This document shows, one piece after another, positions 59,548 through 64,000 of a stretch of 64,000 nt of DNA. The position numbers were made by a program, and so were the translations under genes. Under the pieces are notes generated by a model. The model ran no database searches. It worked only from the letters and a program-made list of their open reading frames with translations, and was not told where the DNA came from. How positions within the stretch are numbered: the stretch's first letter is position 1; the number at the start of each line of letters is the position of its first letter. Origin of the DNA: Candidatus Latescibacterota bacterium. GTDB lineage: Bacteria; Krumholzibacteriota; Krumholzibacteriia; WVZY01. The stretch lies in contig CAWBQK010000013.1 in NCBI GenBank assembly GCA_963791045.1, positions 192,001 to 256,000 on the forward strand, given 5' to 3'.

Positions 59548-61563
59548 TTAGTGCGCCGCACTGGGCGGTGCCGGATCATCCGGCGAACCCGCATTGGCGA
59601 GCGGGAACTTCACCAGAATCCATCCAATCAACGCGAAAACGAGCAGGCTGACAACAAACGGAAGCGGGAACGCACCCGATATATTTGGCAACCACTCGTT
59701 GTACCTGATATCGAACATCGCAAGTGCCGCGAACAAGAGGCCAATGAGCGCCTCACCCGCAATAAGCCCAGCGGCAAGAAGCACCCCGACGTTGTCGACT
59801 CGAGCATTCTGCCCCTCGTTGAATTTCCGGGATTCTTTGAATCTGTCGACGATACCCTTGATCACGCCACCGATGAAGATGGCAAATGTCGTCTCGAGCG
59901 GAAGGTACATACCAACGCTCACGATCATCGGGCTTTTTACCTGCATAAGGATGAACCCGAAGCCCATGAGCATACCGACGATAACGAGAGGCCATGCCAT
60001 CTCGCCACCGACGATTCCCCTGGACAGGAGCGCCATAAGACTCGCCTGCGGCGCCGGGAATGCGGAGCCACCAAGACCCTCGCCGCCCATTTTAATATCA
60101 CCCTGATGAAGAATGATAAGCGGGACGAACATGACGAGCGAGGCGACCAGGATACCGATAAGGTCACCTACCTGCATCTTCCACGGTGTACCACCGAGGA
60201 TGTGCCCGACCTTGAGATCCTGTAACATCTCACCTGCAACGGCCGCCGCCACACACACCACCGCGGCAACACCGAGAACCGCGGCAACACCGGCGTCTCC
60301 CTTCATTCCCAGGGCTACCATAAGAATCGCAGCCACAAGGAGTGTTGAGAGCGTGAGACCACTGATCGGGTTGTTACTCGATCCGATAATCCCGACGAGA
60401 TATCCGGAGACCGCGGCAAAGAAAAATCCGGCGATCACCATCACGATCGTCGCGACCAGAGCGGCAAAGAACGACTGGGAGAAGTAAAAATAAATCATGA
60501 AGGTCGCGATGGACGCCAAAGCGATTCCGATCATGATCCACTTGAAGTTAATATCCTGATCCGTGCGAACGGTCGTGTGTTCACTCGTCGCCGCCTTCTT
60601 GACGTCGCTGATCGAACGCTGAAGACCGGTAAAGAGACTCCCTCTCATCCGATAGAGCGTGTAAACGGCGCTGACCAGCATGCCGCCGATCGCGATCGGA
60701 CGAACGATATTAGCCCACACGTTGGTCGCCATATCGATCCACTCGGGATTTGTCGCCGTTTCAGGCATAAGCGTCGGACCGATAAAATACGTAAGAATGG
60801 GCACGAACAATCCCCACGCGAGAAGCCCGCCGCTAAAAGTCAACGAACCAAGCTGGGGGCCGATGATATAGCCGACACCAATGTATGCCGGACTCACACC
60901 GGGCGAGCTCAAGAGCAAACCGCCCTTGCCCGTTGCCGCGGTCGTTGAGTTGAGCGGTATCGCCGTTTTTCCCCATGTAACAAACTTTTGCCATGAGGTG
61001 GCGAACAGACGGAGTTGCGCCAGCGACTGGATTATCGCGCCGACACTCATCGCGCTAAAGAGATACGCGGCGCCGGTTCCACCACCACGTCCCGCCTTGT
61101 GAATCTCGGAAGCGGCGACGGACTCGGGGAACGGAAGCTCGGGATCCTCGACCATTACCCGCCGCAGCAGAGCAACGAACATGATACCGAGGACACCACC
61201 CGCAATCATAATCGCGGAAGACTCGAAATAATGGCCTCTGGTTGCAAACTCAGGCCACAATCCGGCTATAAAAAAAGCAGGAAGCGTAAAGATGGCTCCT
61301 GCTGCGATTGACTCACCGATCGATCCAACCGTTCGGGCAAAGTTTTCTTCGAGAATCGTGCCCTTGAACAACCGGAGAATCGCCATACCGATGACGGCAG
61401 CCGGATATGTTGCTGCGATCGTCATACCGGCTTTTAGCCCGAGGTATGCGTTCGCCGCGCCAAGCACGACACACATGACCAGCCCGATGAGCAACGCTTT
61501 TAGCGTGAACTCTTTCATATCGGAATTCGCCGGCACGTATGGCTTGAACTTTGAATCGGCCAT
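59548..61563 (-). CDS. OPT-family oligopeptide transporter (copy 2)
   Basis: ANAYLGLKAG, LPFPESVAASEI, SSNNPISG, QDLKVGH, PAPQASLM. Confidence 0.95.
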   Translation of the reverse strand: MADSKFKPYVPANSDMKEFTLKALLIGLVMCVVLGAANAYLGLKAGMTIAATYPAAVIGMAILRLFKGTILEENFARTVGSIGESIAAGAIFTLPAFFIAGLWPEFATRGHYFESSAIMIAGGVLGIMFVALLRRVMVEDPELPFPESVAASEIHKAGRGGGTGAAYLFSAMSVGAIIQSLAQLRLFATSWQKFVTWGKTAIPLNSTTAATGKGGLLLSSPGVSPAYIGVGYIIGPQLGSLTFSGGLLAWGLFVPILTYFIGPTLMPETATNPEWIDMATNVWANIVRPIAIGGMLVSAVYTLYRMRGSLFTGLQRSISDVKKAATSEHTTVRTDQDINFKWIMIGIALASIATFMIYFYFSQSFFAALVATIVMVIAGFFFAAVSGYLVGIIGSSNNPISGLTLSTLLVAAILMVALGMKGDAGVAAVLGVAAVVCVAAAVAGEMLQDLKVGHILGGTPWKMQVGDLIGILVASLVMFVPLIILHQGDIKMGGEGLGGSAFPAPQASLMALLSRGIVGGEMAWPLVIVGMLMGFGFILMQVKSPMIVSVGMYLPLETTFAIFIGGVIKGIVDRFKESRKFNEGQNARVDNVGVLLAAGLIAGEALIGLLFAALAMFDIRYNEWLPNISGAFPLPFVVSLLVFALIGWILVKFPLANAGSPDDPAPPSAAH

Positions 61564-61907
61564 AGTGACTCCTTCTATTGAGGATGAAGTAGGTCGGTTG
61601 TCATCGCGGTTTGATCGGCACAATAACAATCGGCCATGTTCTCTCTGCCCGGACAACCCCGTACTCAGCCAAGGCTACGGGATCAGCACACGGGCTGGGG
61701 CAAACTTCTGCCACCAAAGCGTAACAATACAAACAGGTGACCGGTTGTTCTCGCAAAGCGCGCAACAGCGGACACCATCGGGTTCGGACAAGTGTCCAAC
61801 AAAGGCAGGGGAAATCTTACAACTTGAATAATGTTATTGCGTTATATCATTGAGGCGGGACAAAGTCAAGCACAACTTCCCAAGAGAACGTCAGTGATGA
61901 CTCGCGG

Positions 61908-62262
61908 TTACTTTGAGAGCAGATGGCTGGGCCCGTGGGTCACTTCGGCGCCGAAATACCCCGCCGCCAGGACCGTGGCGAGAAGCGACAGCCCGGCGGT
62001 GGCGATACCGAAGATCCGGTGGGCGTCGATGGAGAACTTCATTTCTGGCGTAAATGCCCTACCCGAACTCGCCATGAATCCCAAAAGCACCGAGATCACC
62101 GCAAAAACGGCCCCGGTAGTGGGCGCAAAACGCGCCGTCGCGGCAAGTCCGCGTTCCTTTTTGAGCCCGGCAGCCATTTCGGCCGCGGCCGCTATTACTA
62201 TGAGTGCCACGGGAAAATGGACTGCGGCGGGATGAAGATTGCCAAGAAAATCAACCACAACG
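61908..62262 (-). pseudogene. DUF2231-like membrane protein, possibly internally deleted
   Basis: LHPAAVHFPVAL, HRIFG and AGYFGAEVTHG present, with an unusually short distance between the last two. No clear start. Confidence 0.5.
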
Positions 62263-62621
62263 GCCGCCTCCGCTTGCCGGACAATCGTGTCGGGTTCGGT
62301 ACAACGGGGAGAGTATAATTCGACCCTGGATCGAAATCGAGAAGGGAAAACGGCCAGACAGCCCACCGCTCTACTTATCGCCCACTCTGCCCATTTCGAG
62401 CGGTGAGCTGCCTGCCTTTTTATCTGGCCGGCCACCCGTGCTGCTCTCTCGAGACCGGGCCGCCGACGAATTCCGGGAGGCCAAATAATCCAACAAATCC
62501 AACGCTATTGATCTGTCGTGGATGTACGAATTTCCTTACGCTTTTTGTCAGATTTGTCCTATTTTGGAGTTGACCTTCCAAGCACAAGGATTCTGAGCGC
62601 ATACGCCATATCTTATTTATT

Positions 62622-64000
62622 ATGATTGAGTTAACAAAGAAATACACCCACTGGCTCCACACGCAATGGCCCGCTGGCCTCGTCGAAAAACTCCCACTGG
62701 CCGGGGATAATGGGGAAACCAATGTTCGTGGAGTCTATGTGGTCGGCGATCTTCGCGGCATCCCTCTCCTCAAGTTTTCGGCGGACAACGGCGCCGCCGC
62801 GGTTCGCCACATCCTGGCCGGCGGCCCAATCGATCGCTCACCCGATGACAGTGGGGTCCTGGACCTCGTGATTGTCGGTGCCGGTGTGTCGGGAATGTCC
62901 GCCGCCCTCGAGGCAAAGAAGGCGGGATTGACGTTCACGATCCTCGAGGCGGCGGAGCCGTTTGCGACGATAGTCAATTTCCCAAAAGGGAAACCAATAT
63001 ACACCTACCCAAAAGACATGACGCCGCGGACGCACCTGCGCGTAACAGCGACCACAAAGGAATCGCTCCTCGAAGAGCTGCGCGAGCAGACGCTCGCTCA
63101 GGGAATCGACCCGGTAATAGCGAACGCCGACCGGGTCGAACAAAAGGGACGGTTCCTCGAGGTCGTCGTTTCGGAAGGTGAAAACCTCATCGCGCGCAGA
63201 GTGATTCTCGCCCTCGGACAAAGCGGCAACTACCGCACTCTCGGAGCCCGGGGCGAAGACCTCGACAAGGTGTACAACCGTCTTCACGACCCAAAGGATT
63301 ACCGTGATAAAAAAGTCATGGTTGTCGGCGGAGGGGATACGGCACTCGAAACCACCGTCGCGCTTGCCGATTGTGGAGCCGAAGTAACGCTGAGTTATCG
63401 TAAAAAAGAATTCTCGAGACCGAAGCCTGAGAATGCGGCGGCTATCGACAAACTCTCCGGCACTTCATTCTCGGGCCTCGGAGAATCGACCACGGGAGAC
63501 ACTCCCGCATCGAGAAAAGTGTCGCTTCTCATGGAATCCCATGTCCGCGAGATTCAAGAAGACGCCGTCGTCATTGACCTTCCGGACGGCCGCTCGGAAA
63601 CCATCAAAAACGACGTCGTGTTCACAATGCTCGGCCGCGAGGCGCCTCTCAACTTCTTCAGGCGTTCACGGATCAGCATTGCGGGCGAGTGGGGTGCGAA
63701 GACATGGATTGCGTTTCTTGGATTTTTCGCGTTTTGTATCGCGCTTTACAATTGGAAATCGGGCGGAGCGCTCGGCGGTTTGTTCTATGCGAGAGGATGG
63801 TTCCCCACCTCGCTTACGACGACATTCGCCGATCTCGCCGCTAATCCGCGGACACTTCTCGGCACGTTGGTCGTATCCGCGGCGGGGCCCGCTTTCTGGT
63901 ACACACTCGCCTACTGCATCATTGTCGTGGGTTTCGGTATTAAACGAATCCGGCGGCGAAAGACGCCGTACGTGACCGTGCAAACCTGGACGCTCATGGT
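62622..64000 (+). CDS. 3'-truncated TrxR-like FAD/NAD(P) oxidoreductase fused to a membrane domain
   Basis: Own translation: MIELTKKYTHWLHTQWPAGLVEKLP..., DLVIVGAGVSG, VMVVGGGDTALE, then hydrophobic helices (FWYTLAYCIIVVGFG). Runs off the window, so it is absent from the ORF track. Confidence 0.88.
   Translation, partial: MIELTKKYTHWLHTQWPAGLVEKLPLAGDNGETNVRGVYVVGDLRGIPLLKFSADNGAAAVRHILAGGPIDRSPDDSGVLDLVIVGAGVSGMSAALEAKKAGLTFTILEAAEPFATIVNFPKGKPIYTYPKDMTPRTHLRVTATTKESLLEELREQTLAQGIDPVIANADRVEQKGRFLEVVVSEGENLIARRVILALGQSGNYRTLGARGEDLDKVYNRLHDPKDYRDKKVMVVGGGDTALETTVALADCGAEVTLSYRKKEFSRPKPENAAAIDKLSGTSFSGLGESTTGDTPASRKVSLLMESHVREIQEDAVVIDLPDGRSETIKNDVVFTMLGREAPLNFFRRSRISIAGEWGAKTWIAFLGFFAFCIALYNWKSGGALGGLFYARGWFPTSLTTTFADLAANPRTLLGTLVVSAAGPAFWYTLAYCIIVVGFGIKRIRRRKTPYVTVQTWTLM

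Noticed and set aside
63433-63983. Listed ORFs 63433-63975 and 63666-63983
   Set aside because: They are alternative frames of the real gene starting at 62622.

Overview
GC-rich bacterial chromosomal window, densely coding. I found no rRNA, tRNA, CRISPR array, transposase or integrase. It opens with three tandem paralogs of a ~1070-aa Cys/Trp-rich secreted protein ending in a FlgD-Ig/T9SS-like 'NAYPNPFNP...KKMVLLK' C-terminal domain. Copy 1 is partial, copy 2 is intact behind a ~430-nt highly structured leader, and copy 3 carries many single-base indels. This gene type suggests an FCB-group lineage such as Krumholzibacteriota/Latescibacterota (inference only). The rest is housekeeping and catabolic. 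It includes an NlpC/P60 lipoprotein, an XRE mini-operon with three operator-like boxes, GbsR-type regulator/polyprenyl synthase/transketolase, a P-loop kinase plus MfpsA/SPS-like GT4, cyclophilin, ligA, dipeptidyl peptidase III, pepT, sufBCDSUT plus a bacilliredoxin, envelope-modification genes, an LRR lipoprotein, LOG, HAD, two OPT transporters, an ECF sigma/anti-sigma pair, tryptophanase, rhodanese/MauE and a flippase. A minus-strand run encodes OPT-PepD-PqqD(RRE)-M20 peptidase-radical SAM-XRE/PTS-EIIA. The window ends in a truncated TrxR-like flavoprotein/membrane fusion that the ORF track misses. Best novelty candidates: the structured leader RNA with a decoy-SD/anti-SD pair, the stand-alone PqqD/RRE inside a peptide uptake/degradation operon, and the tandem surface-protein family. 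All family calls come from motif recognition by eye; no database searches were run.
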